A stretch of 63,362 nucleotides of DNA, filler included, from Cercozoa sp. M6MM (GCA_040357565.1; 9 parts of 9 records of this genome joined end to end with filler, not necessarily neighbours in it); one strand, 5' to 3'. Numbered from the whole stretch's first letter, positions 22,978-36,800 are shown. A program made the numbers and translations. Notes: generated by a model from the sequence alone, not told the origin.

Positions 22978-24024
22978 CTTCCTTCCTCATCTTCCGCTCA
23001 CTGAAGAAACCGCGCACTCTGACCAAGGTACCAGATGTCATATAGCTGGAAGTATACGATGGGTGTGGTACACTAAAATGTATGTGTGCAGTGGGCGCAC
23101 GTGGCTTACATGGCCGTTGGTCTGGCTGGCGTTGTCACACTCGCCTTTGGTTTAATCGGGTACATGTCCTTCTGGCACGAGACGCAAGGTGACCTGCTGC
23201 ACAACTTCCCCGCGGAAGATGAGGTATTAAGCCCTGTTATATGTACATGTATGTGTCATGTCTGACGCGCTTGCTCGGCGTAGGTTATTAACGTCGCGCG
23301 TGTGTCCCTTGCTCTGGCCATGATCTTCACGTACCCGATGGAACTCTTCGTGTTCCGCGAGGTGGGCTTTGCCTCCTTCACACTGCCCTGGTACACTTTA
23401 GGTATCGTCTGTGTGTGTTTGTGTGTGCCGACATAGGTGCTGACGTCGTGGCTCTTTGAGAAGGGTGCGCTGCACCTGACTACGACGTTGCAGCATGTGG
23501 CCATCACGGCTGCCGGTTTTGGCGCCTCGCTCTTCGTCGCACTGTACGTCTCGGCTTCCTTTCACCTCTCATTTGTTCCTTGAGCCTAGCTGTTTTGTCT
23601 TCTCTTAGGGTTGTTGACGATGTCGGCGTGTACCTACCACTTTGTGTCTACTGTACCCAGCGATATGTGTGATGGTTTTTTGTTGCTGGTCAGCGTGCTC
23701 GAGTTTTTCGGCAGCAGTGCTGCGGCAGCGTTGGCTTTCATCTTTCCGGCGCTGCTGTGGCTCAAGGTTCGCGGTGGCAAGGGCATGTGGCGCCGCTTTC
23801 TGAACGGCTCGCTGCCTTGGCAGCAGCGACTGTACGACCTGGCACAATTGGTACGCTTCCTCGGCTTTTGCTACACTCGATCACTTGCCTTTCTTACTGT
23901 CAAAATGCGGCAGTGCTTCTGCGTGTTCCTGCTAATTTTCGGTTCGACGGTGGCCGTGCTGGGCACAACGACCGCCATCAAATGCTACCTCGACGATGAT
24001 TGTGGCGGCACAGGCGGTCACTAA
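22978..24024 (+). CDS. Amino-acid transporter, Aa_trans/SLC38 family, C-terminal part
   Basis: LIGYMSFWHETQGDLLHNF, ARVSLALAMIFTYPMELFVFRE, DDVGVVLEFFGSSAAAALAFIFPALLWLK. Confidence 0.88.
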
Positions 24025-24343
24025 GAGCCATATGGACGAGTCGATGGACTTGTCCGATTCAACTGGAGGCTCGCAGGTTGCCGCATGTTGGACGTAGGTA
24101 GCGAATGCTTGGCGTTGTGGTTCTGGGGCTGTACCTACACGACATGCCGTGTTGATTGGCGTGGCTCGATTTAGTTATCTGATTGCTACGTTGGTTAAGT
24201 TACGTTACGCTACGCTACCACCTACAGTACTAGTTCTATAAGTGTATTCCAGTGTGTGCTTATAGTACATCGGCCTCCGCCAGGGTGCTCTAAGGGTGGC
24301 TTGAAAGCCCGGGCCCACATTAGAGCTCCCGCAGACTCCAGTG

Positions 24344-24392
<49 letters not shown>

Positions 24393-24492
24393 NNNNNNNN
24401 NNNNNNNNNNNNNNNNNNNNNNNNNNNNNNNNNNNNTTAATTAATTAANNNNNNNNNNNNNNNNNNNNNNNNNNNNNNNNNNNNNNNNNNNN

Positions 24493-24540
<48 letters not shown>

Positions 24541-24579
24541 AAAGCGTAGACTCTCTTAAACAAAGACGTGTCAACTCAC

Positions 24580-25760
24580 CTCATCGTCATCGGCGTCAAG
24601 CTCAGCTTCCAATGGCGTGCGGTGGTACGTGTTGATATCCTGCACGGCAAACATAAAGATCGTTTCTAAGGGATGCTGAGTAGTATTTTTATTATGTACC
24701 GTGTCTCCTGCAACCCGGTCCAGCAGGTATGGATGGAGACCAAAGTTTACCATGTCTCCGACCTTTGCACAGTAAGGGCTGGGGGGGGGAGGGGTAAATG
24801 ACAGGCAGCAAAAATACCTGTCCCAACGCAGACCGGAGGAACAAGAACAGCCCGGCGTGTTGCGTCAGTCCATGGCAGACGTAATCCTCGTGTCCGTCTA
24901 TTTGTGCAAAGTGTCAGCTATCCTGGTAGCAGCCTCGATCAAAGGTATTGATACGCTTTGCAGTGTGATCACTCACAGGAAGCACGAAACCAGGGTGTTC
25001 TGTTGACACGCGAGTTCATTAGCATTGATTTGTCACTTTAGTTTATTATGTACCTTCGTGTTTCTCAATGGCCAGAGGAAGACTGCCGGTAAAACCGCGC
25101 AAGAACACTCGATCGACACTCTCGCTGTCGTCGCGTGTGTTCGTGTATCGCGTGATCACAATCTCCTGCATGTCGCATGTGCATTCGAGTACATTTTTCA
25201 TATGCGACTGCGGGAAAGCAAATTTACGTCTCCAAACAGTCGCATCGCACGTTGAACTGCTTGCAGTTCCGACAGCCGGTGGTTTTGCTGTATGATGCAA
25301 TGGAATGATGTCCACGTAACACAACTCTTTGTGCAGTACTTACAGTCTGTCGGTCTTTGCGAATTAACTTCTGGGCTTGCGTCACGGCCGAAATCTCTTC
25401 TGGTCTGTATTTACTGGTTAGAAAATATGCTCGCGGAGGGTTGTGCCAAAGATACCGAGCTTCAGGTCGTACAGACATGAGGTACACCTCGTCGAGTGAC
25501 GAGCTAAATACACATGTAGAGTGTAAATAGAGTGCTTTTCTTTTCAGCGAGTGTCAGCTTACTCCAGGGGCACCAAGCGCAAGCACAGCCGAGTTTGATC
25601 GATAACGTCGCTCTCCGTCACCACTGTTGTTCAGTTGAAAGTTGCTCAGTTGCTTGTGTCAGCTTATCGGAGAAAACCTTGATAAAGAAAGTTGTACCCT
25701 CAACAGGATTATCGATGTTGTCGCCCAGCAACGACGGAGAGACAGCTGCAAGTTGTGTGT
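24580..25760 (-). CDS. Hypothetical protein, multi-exon, 3'-truncated
   Basis: Series of phase-compatible GT-AG-bounded exons; no family recognised; start uncertain. Confidence 0.5.
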
Positions 25761-26269
25761 CCAATCATCTCAGTTAAACTCCCGTTTAAAATAATTTTAC
25801 CCAACAGAAGACGGTTGTTTTTTTCTTTCACCGTCGCGGAAGTGCCTGGTAAAATTATCAATTAAAAAAAAGAGAACAACAAAAGCGCGAATTAGCTAAA
25901 CACACTACCAAGATCAAATAGAGGCAGTCTGTCGCATGGCAAGTTCGGCGAGAGCATGCCATCTTGGTGTGAAACCTAAGTTGACAACACAACAGAACAT
26001 AGTATATTTAAAGCGTTGATTCAAAAGTATTTGCTACCACAACAGGCGGTACTTGTCGCAGTTGACAGAGTGCGTAGTTGTATGACAAGGGAAACCGCGG
26101 TTCTCTAGCTGACCTGCAGGTTTTGATACACAGTGACCATTTGAAGAACTCAGGCTAAGACTGAAATTTAAACCATACCATTCTTGAATAAAACGAGGAA
26201 CACTTCTTTTGCTTTCACTCTACAATCCACGACTAGTATCCGGAGGTGTCAGAAGAAATACAGAAGCGT

Positions 26270-27149
26270 ACCTCAGTCTGTGTGGTGTCGGTTTGTATTG
26301 CCACGGTTTGTGATGCTTTGCCCTCAAAGAGTTTCAGCTTGGTCTGTGCATTCACGGGGAGCGTTATAACAAATCAAAGAGTATCGTAAAGTGAGGGACG
26401 CTGAAAGTTACGACTAAAGTTGGGCCAGAGATCAAAGGTAAAACGTACCTTCAGTTCAGAATTCTCTGTTCTGACTTTATCCAACGCTGTTTTTTGCCGC
26501 TCTCGTTGTTCCTCAGCTTTTTTCTGGCAAAGAGAGTACACTTGTAAATCTACGCACAATTAATGGCGTTTCCAGTTGTGATTTACCCATCGAGCGACGA
26601 AATTCTGATCAAGCTCCGCGACGCGTGAAGTAAGTTGGTCGCCCTGAAAATACAAGGTGCCAAAAGAAAGCAAATTACAGAGTAGGTTGCATACCGACGC
26701 TCGTGCACTTTTCAACTCCCGTCTTAGTTTCGCAGTCGCCGCTTCACTATCTTTCAGCTCGCGTTGGGCTAGTTGCGTTTGTTGTTTCTCTAACCATTCC
26801 AATCAACAGTTCTAAAACCACTGCAGGCAGTTGGACCTAGCTTTCTTCCTGATACTACCTTGCGCAAGGAGCTTTGCTTTTTCGGCTACTTCGGCCTCAG
26901 TGAGCTTCACCTGCACAAAGCAGTGAATACAAATTTATTGGCACACAAAGCAGTGAATATAAAATTCGGGCACCCGTGCTATTGCGTCGTCGACTTTGTG
27001 TTGCAGTCGCGACCGCACCGTCTCTGCCTTGCTCTTTTCTACACTTGCATCCTTGCTGTATCTGACTTCAACTTTAGGGAAAAGTTCTACCTTGTGATAG
27101 TAAGGTGCTGATACGCGTCGCTTCCGTTTTTGCGACCTCCAACTGAGTT

Positions 27150-27199
<50 letters not shown>

Positions 27200-28700
27200 C
27201 ACACACTCTCACGCTGCAGGAACAGCCGGAGATACCGACGTTTCGCTCTTCTTGAGTTCGTCTGACAGTTGCGTAACTGCCACGGCGTGCTCAGTTCGTG
27301 CGAGTTGCATTGCTTGTCTCTCTGATGGTGGTGGTGGTGGGGGGGGGGGGGGGGTAACACATTGAAACACTTTATTGTTTGAAACAAGGGACAACGTAAA
27401 ATTTAACAAACCTTCGGCGAGCTGCTGTTTAGTCTGGTCCAACTCGTTTCTTGCCACTTCCGACTTTAAACAGCAAGAAACATTATACGGGGACAGTTGC
27501 AAATTTGCTTAAAACAGAATGACGGCGAAGGGAGTACCTCATGCAAGACGCGGCTCAGTGTGTGATCGCGCAGTGTCCAGGTCGACGTTTCAGTTTGAAA
27601 GACAGCTGTGACGCCCTATAAAGCATGTCGAAATTATCACCAGAGAGCACATTGACGATAGAATTTGCGTACTTGTTGTACTGCACTGTGCTCGAGGTTA
27701 CACAAAGCCATGACAGTGTGCGCGTCGAGTTGGGTTGTATCTCCCAGCTGAACCAGCAACACGGAGTTTTCGCAGACCTTGTATCGTACCTGGAATTTAC
27801 GGAGTAATTTTATAGAGATGTCAGAGTACTGACAATGATCATACAAGGAGGTCATCAGGCTGAAGTCGCGGGACAGCTGTATCGTATTCCACAAAAACGA
27901 GTGCTTCCGTCGACAATGCGTTCATTAATACCTACAGGGTCAAATAAGGCGAGCTACAGTTCGCTTGAGTGTCGACACTTAATGTTAGAATTTACAGCAT
28001 ATTCAGGAAGGACAATGATGACGTCGGTTCGCAACTCTCGCCTATCTCTACAATATCACACAAAGAAAATCGGACTAGTTACAGAAAACTGTTATTCGTG
28101 ATTGTTCAACAACATACCTTGCGCTGACCGGGGGCTGCAGCTGCTGGTAGTTGTATTGCCCGTCTTGCGAGGTGTGATGGTATTGTTGCTGCCACTGCAT
28201 GCAGCCAAACGGCAGATTTTCAGGCACATACAAAGGGTATCCCACGCATGGCAGATGCATGTGCTGTTGCTGTCCGCCGGCACTGTCAGCAGTTTGTGGC
28301 GGGTCCTGTGGCAGAGGAGGCAACGAATACGGATCGTGTACGTAGACAGAGACATCCTGTTCACCGCTACTTGCTTGAGTTGCTTCTGCCTGTTCTGCTT
28401 CTCTGCACAGTGACAGTGCAACCAAATTTGTGCATTGGGTATATCGTATTTTTAAAGCGAAAAAACGTCGCGAAAGACTGAAATTACCTCAGCGAATTGT
28501 GATTGTGCGAATCAAGCGCACGCAGCGATAAATCCGACAACCGGAGCGCCAGTGGAGACGTTGCTCTTTCTTCGATTCAACACGTTTATTTGCACAAGCA
28601 CACAAACTTCAGTACTCACTTCATACTCGCATACCTGGCGTAACGGCGCTCGAAGAAGCAACATCAGAGAATAGCGCGCCCAGTGTGTAAACAACTGCGA
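26270..28700 (-). CDS. Hypothetical coiled-coil protein with Q/P-rich N-terminal region (ends approximate)
   Basis: Heptad-like exons EVARNELDQTKQQLAE, QRELKDSEAATAKLRRELKSARAS, QKKAEEQRERQKTALDKVRTENSELK. Confidence 0.6.
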
Positions 28701-29031
28701 GAAGTGGCATCATTGTTTTGGGCGAGAAGGAGATTCAATGCGATATGTTGCGCGAAGTGCCTTACGCTCCTCGACACACACGCAGATACTCAGCCACGGT
28801 CGACTCTGCGGTGTGAAGCCAAGTCACGAAATCCGAACATCCGCCAAAATTACACGTGTCGGGTTTCGGCATATATGATTTTTCAAATAATAAAACGTCC
28901 TTCTGTGCCGAAGCTTGGCGTGCCAAAGACTAAAGTCGAATAAAACTCTGCGTGGTAGTCTGTGACTTTGGTCGTGAGCTTTGCGTTGCTATTCTACAGC
29001 AGTTTTGCATTTTCCTGGATCGCAGCGCGAA

Positions 29032-29977
29032 ATGCAATCCTATCGACTTCGCTGCTTTAAGCTCCAATGCCGCTGGTTGTCCGCCAAGTCGGTCGCTCCG
29101 TGCTACCGTCTGTCGGATCGCTTGTATTTTCCTGCATTTTAGTTTGTTATGTTTCCGGTTTGAGTTGTATGTCTTTGTCGTTGGCTCGAAGCATCGTGGG
29201 CGGTCAGCTGTCGCGCGAGCAATACGCTCAGCTCTTGAAAGACAACAAGGTGAAACACCTAATCAACGTGCGTGTTGATAGTGAACCTGGCTTTGACGGT
29301 CCGGGTGAACGCCACATCGCCTGTGAGCACAACGCCAGCTACACCGTACTTTTCGACACCCTTCTTTCTCGGCAACGACGTGAATGTGGGGTTTGTATGC
29401 TTGCTTTATCAGGAGCTGCCAGTTGACGCCGCGACAATTACAAATCCGGAGAAGTTTGCTTTTTGGGTGACTTGCCCTATCGATGAATTTGCTCTATCAA
29501 ATGACCCTGCCGCACACCGAGAAGAAATTATGTGTTGTAGGTCAAGAACTTTGCGAAGACGTTTGGCGAGTCGCTTGAGCACCTGCCCAGCTCCAGCAGG
29601 TGCGTGTAATTGCCTATAAGTTACTCGCAGACACAATGTACACCAACAGCGAGGAGGAGACGACGGCGTTGCTGCATTGCGCCCGCATGCCGCGTGCCGT
29701 GACGGTTGCCGTCGCTGTGGAGCAGCAGCTGTAAATCTCTCTCATCCCAACGCAGCTGTAGGAAACTGAGATTAACCCTACGAGTGTTCATGCAGAGGCA
29801 AGCGTCAGTGGTCTCGCCAGGAGGTATATTTTGCTCTTGTCAAAGTCTTGCGAGGGAGGGGCCGAATTATGCGGTGTCGTCTGACAGGTGACCTCTCATC
29901 TCGACAAGGCAGCGGCCGCGGCAGACCTTGAGATTCCAGACAACTTCTACGAGGCCCTCGATCGCTACGCCGAATAA
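29032..29977 (+). CDS. DUF442/TIGR01244-type (BLH phosphatase-like) sulfurtransferase/phosphatase domain protein
   Basis: IVGGQLSREQYAQLLKDNKVKHLINVRVDSEPG..E..ACEHNASYT|ELPV and active-site-like LLHCARMPRA (C-x4-R); Arg-rich, acid-free N-terminus. Confidence 0.68.
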
Positions 29978-30036
29978 TGTGCAGCCTGGATACAGACCTA
30001 CTGACTAGGAGCGGTAGCCGACGGATACACAAGCCT

Positions 30037-30367
30037 ATGAACTACTGTGACGGTCAAATTGCCAGTTTCGATGTTCGATTTAAATTTATAAGCTAAATGT
30101 ACGAGCTCAACTTTCATCCACCGGTACTCTCAGAGAGCCGTGCAAGCACAAGAGACTCAAGCCATCGCACGCGCTCTTCGACAGTCGCGCGATGAGTACA
30201 TTGACCTTTGGGATTGCAGGTCTCTATATCACAGAGAGAGCGGGGTTTGTTTGAATAGGGACATGCGTGATCGCAAACTCGTTGTCAAGCGCTTTCTCGC
30301 CGCTGAAACAGTCGAAGAAGCACAGTACAATCGCCTTGTACAGAATCTGCAGGCACTGGATAACTAA
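30037..30367 (+). CDS. Small hypothetical protein
   Basis: Helical ORF QETQAIARALRQSRDEYIDL...AQYNRLVQNLQALDN-stop with a plausible in-frame intron; start uncertain. Confidence 0.4.
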
Positions 30368-30944
30368 ACACGATTCCCGCTACTGTTCCGGCTGGCACAT
30401 CGACGCGGTCATCGATCACGCGACGGTTTTAAGTTAGATCTCGGCTCGATCGGATCAACTAACTGACGCGACAGCAAAAACGAAGCGAAGAGCGTTCAGT
30501 TGTGCTGTAAACCACGCGAAATCCGCGTCGCATGTCGTTGTTTTATCTTAATTTACGCTTCCCCGCTCGATCAAGTCCTGTCGCGGCCGTAAGTTTACAG
30601 CAAATTACGTCACGACCATGAACGCTAAGATGTAGGTAAAATTACAGGGCGGGTGTGGGCTGCATCTTCTGTGCTTTGTTCCAAAAAGTCAGGGCGTTTC
30701 GCGCGTTTTTCGTCGGTTGACCCTTTTTCAAAAGCGTTTTTCGAAATGTGTCCGCGTGATCAGCTGTAAGTTTATTTAGATCTCTATTTTTGAGAGTCCA
30801 AGTTTGGGGACGAGCGAGCTATCCTCGACGTTGAAAGAACGTGCGGTGTGCTTCCTGAGTGTGCAGCAGGTCAACTCGCCCTGATCGTCGCTGGTGTCAG
30901 TCGCAAAGCTGCGTCTTCAGCTTGGACACCGCGGAGCACGCGTG

Positions 30945-32053
30945 ATGCCACGAGCGGCCACGTTAGAGGATGTTCCGAGCTCAATTCGCACTCTATCAGA
31001 TGAGAGTGACGTGATCAGGGCAAAAGCTGCATCAAAACCTCCACGGTCACGGCCAGACAGAAAAAGCGAAGAACGGTATCCTCCCTCCTGAGCTTCCATT
31101 CTTGTGTTTTTTTCGCAGCGAGGTAGACTTCATTTCATGACTGAGTGACAGAAGTAAGCGGAGGCACAGGCATGCAACAGAGCAGGAATCTACTTCTAGC
31201 TCACATGCGGACGTCAAAGACAACATCAAATCCGACGAAGGTGAAGCAGCTGAAGTGCGGAGTCGCAGCCGAAGCCGCAGTCGCACGGGAAAGTCTGAGA
31301 AATCCAGAAAGAGCAGCCGCTCTGGTAAAACAAAGTCCGATCGAGACAAAGTCAGGTCAGACAAAGAGCACCGCAAAACGTCAAAGAGAACCGGTCACTC
31401 TCATGCTCGGGCAGCGGACACAAGTTCTTCACACTCAGTTGGATCTCGCAGCGCGAGCAAACTAAATTCAAGCGCCAAGAAAAAGAAAAAGAAGAAGAAG
31501 CAACAACACAACCATTTCGACTACGATCTCATTTCACCGTCGGCGTTGATGGCACTAAACGTGCCGATTCGACCCGTCAAAGTCCTGCGACCTGCCAAGC
31601 CTGACTATGCCCCTCCATGTCCCGCCAGGTCCGATGATGCCGCCGAAGAAGGGTCTGGAAACAGCAACGCGCAATCTCTCGACGAGCAGCGCAAACGGTC
31701 GCTTCAGGCCATCCAGAGGATATTCGTCATTTCGGACAATCCGCAACTGTACGAACCGCCCATCGATGGCTCCGTGCCCACAAAGTCAAGCATGGTGCCG
31801 AAAAGCAAGCGTAGGAAGAAGTCCAAGCGGAAAAAGAAGAAAAGGTACCGCCTGACATAGACTTAAGTTTTATGTCCTTAAAAAGCGAGGCATATCAAGG
31901 GACTTGTTTCGCAGAAGAAAACCTCTCATCAAGTTTGCGGACCAGCATGGCAAGACTTTGGCCGTCGTTCACGAGGTTGAAGACACACATTACTGCGACA
32001 AAAACGAACAAACACAAACAACACAATCAAGCTCGTGTTGCGTCATTATGTGA
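30945..32053 (+). CDS. Basic S/R/K-rich protein with PP1-docking RVxF-like motif and C-terminal CaaX
   Basis: Last exon (from ~31915) reads RKPLIKFADQHGKTLAVVHEVEDTHY...SSCCVIM-stop (TGA 32051-32053). Confidence 0.72.
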
Positions 32054-32703
32054 AAAACCAAACTGGGGATGATTGCCATAATTTTTTACAGTTTTAGTGG
32101 TCAGCTAAGTGTACAAGTCCACGTACTATTTTAATGGGTGTCTGCGCATGTGCGATCTGGCACTGCCAATTTTACCCGGCACACAAATCTCTGCAGTTCG
32201 GTGAACGCCACTGAATGTCAGTTCAGTAAATCAGTTCTGGCAGCCAGATTCCTCCCCACGCTTTAACGCTAAATGGCATATACACCGGTTCTACAACGAT
32301 ACAGCTGACAGCGGGGCGCAGGGCAGAGAAGAAGAAGATGATGTAAATAATAATCAGCTTCGCGTGTAAATTACGTGCGCCAAACGCATGCAAAATGAAA
32401 GTATCTATCGATACAGCACAACCATACCACCATTTCAGAGCCCTTTGTCTCAGAAGGAGGAGGTAAAAATGGCCTGGAATACTAGCTGACCGCGAGGTGA
32501 TTATTTTTTTCATCATTATTCTATTGACTCAACTTCCAGTGAGTCGAGTGCTCAAGCTCGCACCCTACTGTCAAGGCTCTGCACTAGGCAAAGTGTACTG
32601 CACGCACGGCAGGGCACACACTGAGACGAGACGCTCTATGTGGCCGGTTCATCCCTTTCTTTGGATGATTTTCCGTTCATATTATTTTTGGTTTGACGTC
32701 GTA

Positions 32704-33389
32704 GGCGCAGGACCAGGCTGAATGCTTTATTGTGGGGCCGACACCCGCCTGTGTTTTGGATGCCGAAGGCTTTTTGTACAAAAAGGCAAGGGGTGTTTTC
32801 ACTAAAGACGGTACCAATAACTTTGTCGCACTGGGCACCCCGCATATAAGTTAAGTGACTTTTTGTGCGAGTAGGTCGGTGGCAGCAGCGCTACTTCTTG
32901 CTGAACGCTCATGCCCTTGCCTATCTCAGAGTACACGATCAGTCTCCGATTTCACTTGGTCGGATATGAATGTCTTTTAGGGACCCGGCGACGTGGAAGA
33001 GCCGCAGGTGCGATTCGAGCTATCCCAAGTACGCGAGATAATCTACGGTACCTTTGCAGCACTGCCTGTCCATTTTGGGTAAAGTGCAAGACTTTCCGGT
33101 AGAAGATGGCCATGAGAACGGAGGTTGCGAGTTCACTGTTGTCACTGGCAGGTACTGCACGTATCGTAGTTTATTTAGTGTGCGAAACACCTGTTCGCAC
33201 AGACGCAAAAAAGCGACACATCATTTCCGAGCAGCGTCACCTGTGCTTGCCGACATGGTGCATGCCCTTTCTGCTTGCGCTGTGTACATTTAGGTTTTTG
33301 CACCTGCGTCTGCATAGTGGGTCAAAGCACTGCGCAAGGCTGTGGACACCGACTCGCGCACTGCGCTGCTCAAGGTGACTTGCGCATCC

Positions 33390-33478
<89 letters not shown>

Positions 33479-33835
33479 TGTGTACGCTTTGCACATGGGG
33501 CAGGCGGCTGCCGGAGATGTGTCGTCGTCGACGCACTTTGTGCGCACACTGGCCGTTGAGGTGTGTCTATGCATGCGTATCGATGTGTGAGTCGGTTGAT
33601 TGGTCAACACCGAACAGGCGGCCGAGCGGCGTCCTCATCGTTTGACGAAACTGCAACACTGCGTTGCCAATCTCTTGGGTGCCCTAACCCTAACTGTTCC
33701 TTTGTACATGCACTCTATATGTGTGTGATGTGTTTGTAGCACGATGTGCCTGGCGTTTCGACATGCTTCACTTCCTGCGCGAACTGCAACGAGGCTATCT
33801 GGTATGTCAATACGCACTCTTTTCGTATATGTATG

Positions 33836-33873
<38 letters not shown>

Positions 33874-36800
33874 TCTTACTTGGTGTGCGCAGGAGGATGT
33901 GCACTGCCTGCAGCTGCTGCTGTTTATCCTGCAGGTAAGCTGCTGTACACTTACCAACAGGTGTATGTATGTATGTATGTGAGCTGTGCTGTGTGCAGGG
34001 TCGAGCGGACGAAGATCTCGAGGAGACTGTTATTTCCGGTGGTCTCACGCTATCCCGGGTACTCTCATAAATCGTGCACTGTGACAGTTTCTTTGCAGAG
34101 CATGTTCTATTGTGGACAGCGAGGCAGCAGCAGCACTCGACCCAGGGTAGTGTTGGGCCTGCACTGTGCTTGTTGATTTGATGTGCTTGTTGATTTGTGT
34201 GCTTGTTGATTTGATGTATTTAATTCCAGTTTGTATGTTTGGTACGTGCAGAGAGGCAGCGGAGCGTCCAATGTCACCACCCTCGATGACATCGTAACCT
34301 CTTGCCTCCTCTGGTTGTGGTATCTGTGTCTACGGGAGAGCACTCAATTCCGAGAACACACAGAGAGGCGTCACGCGCAATCGTTCCAAAACTACCGCTG
34401 TGAGCGGTACTTTTCCTGCGGCTGGTGTCTCCTCTGCCCGCACACCCGTGTATGTTGCTTTGTGCGTGTCTAGATGAAAGGCGCCGCTCGTTGTTCCGTC
34501 GTCCTTCTGGCAGTACGTTTTTTTTTCACTTTGGAGGCTTGTTCAGCTGCGTGCCACCGAGACACTGCTGTTGCAGTGCACCTGGTGGGCCAGGCAGAGC
34601 CGATGTTCGGCAAAGTGGGTGCCACTGCTATCATCTCGCATCGCCAGGATCTCGTGACGCACGGCTTGGTAGTGCATGCTCTCTTCGTACCCGTTCCACT
34701 CTCCTTTGATACACGTGTACTTATAGGATGAGACGCTACTGTACCCGTTGATTTTGCCAGTGTACAATGACGCGACTGACGAAGACTCATCGTCTGTACA
34801 CCGTGCTACTATTTTGTCCCCCTAACGTTATGTTTAACTGTGTGGCAGCGTGCGTCCTCTCGTCGTGGCAGCATTGGCGTACCTTGTGTGCATGTTTTTG
34901 GGTCAGATAAGCAAGCTAAATCTGTGTCAAACAGGGATCTGGCTCAGAATTCGACGCCCAAGAGCTGCTGCACGCCGTATTGAGTGCACCTGACGAAGTG
35001 TCGGACCACATCACGCTGGGCCAGGTGTTTGGCAGCAAGTGCGCGCCGGGCACTCAGAATTCCTCGCTGGTACAATTTTAAACTTACTTTGCTTATTAAA
35101 AAATGGATTGTGTCCGCATTTTAGAGGGAAGAAACGCGCTGCTACTCACTGCTGGTGGCATGGCTGCTGCTGCGCACGCGGTCTATGTGTATTCCGTCTC
35201 ACTGCGTGCATGGTTTGGCCGTGGTGATCATGATTTGTAGCCGATGCAAGACACCGTTTGCAACGCGTTGTTCGCGCGCATTTCTCGGGAACGCGGTACA
35301 ACAACGGGCTCTGAGTGTGCCGTGCTAGCATTCAATTGATTTGTTTCCTGAGGCAGCTGCTCACCGGCAGTGGTGACGCACCTGTTCAACCTCATGCTGA
35401 GCGAGCAAGGTACCGTGTGTCGGTATGATAGATCCTCTTGCCTGTTTAATGCCTGTCTGTGTCTTCAGTACCGCGCCCGGAGTCGCACTGTTCCCCGCCG
35501 AACCTGCTTCCGGGACAGCTGATTTTACTGGTAGTTTTATACCTTTCTGAATGTGCGCCTACCGTTGGGGCTAGGTTCGACACACAATGTGTGCACAGGG
35601 TGTGCCGCCGCCGCCGCAGGAGATGCTCGACGCAGGACAAAATCACACAGTGTATGTTGTAGCAAGTTGTGTGCGATCTCCATGCGGTGATTTTCTTCTT
35701 TGTGCGCAGTGTTAACCCAATCTTCCCGGCCATCTTCGAAGCACTGTGCGGTGCCGACCAGCACCTTGTTGCCACGTATTCTGTCTTTCTGTGTCAGCTG
35801 CGGAGGGATAAGGTGTACATTGGTTGATATGTGACTACGCAGGAGCATGCGGCGCGTGAACTTGATGCTACTCGAGCAGCAAGGCAACTGCTCGGCTATC
35901 CTGTTGCAGGAATCGGTACTTGCACCTGAACATGCCAGTAGTGTCACAACGATTGTTCATGCACCATGTGCTCTTGTTAATATGTGTAGGAGCACTGGCG
36001 TAACGCGCTGCTACGTCTGTTCACGCACATTCCCGCACAGGTACGTGTATATACTAGGAAAGTACAGTGGGTATACCAAAAGAGGATAGTGTATGCTGTT
36101 TGTATCCAGGCCATGCATGATGTCCTGGCGCACACCTCAAGCGGCGACAAACAATCGTAACTCAGTGTCTTGCTTTTTATGGAATTTGGCGAATGCACCT
36201 CTTGTTTGCAGAAACGAAGGCAATGCGCAGCACGACTGCTTCTCGTTTGCTGCCAACATCTTCAGCATCCTGTATCAATCTCTCTCCGTGGTGGTTCTCC
36301 ATGGCTCCCTGGGCTTACTGTTTCAGCACTCAGGCACTTCCACGCACTGATGAAACTCGAGTCCTCTTTGCTAGACGAGGTAGGCGACACCTTTGTCTGT
36401 GTGTGTCTTGTGTTTACAGTGCACGCGCAGCTGCACATGTCATTGCTCGCCGTGGACCGCTTCTGTGCTGAGCCGTACCCATTTACTTTCTCGTGCTTTC
36501 ACATTCTCGATTTATGTGATGTGTATGTTCATCTCTTTTTGCGCAGAAGTAAGTCACTCCGATTGGCGCGCTTCATGTTGTCGTCGCTGTTGCGCAAGGT
36601 ACGCGCTCGACGCAACACGCTGCCCGCACAGGTACCCCCGCGCACTGTATGCTGTGTACCTGTACACGCTTGGCTTTTATAGGTCAACTCGATCCCGTGG
36701 GGCAACGTGTTGTTGCTGCTCAAGGCTGTCAAGATCTTTGTGCTGGGCACACCTTCGTGGACACCGCCGGGCGAGCTTGATGGTACGCTTCTTCATACAT

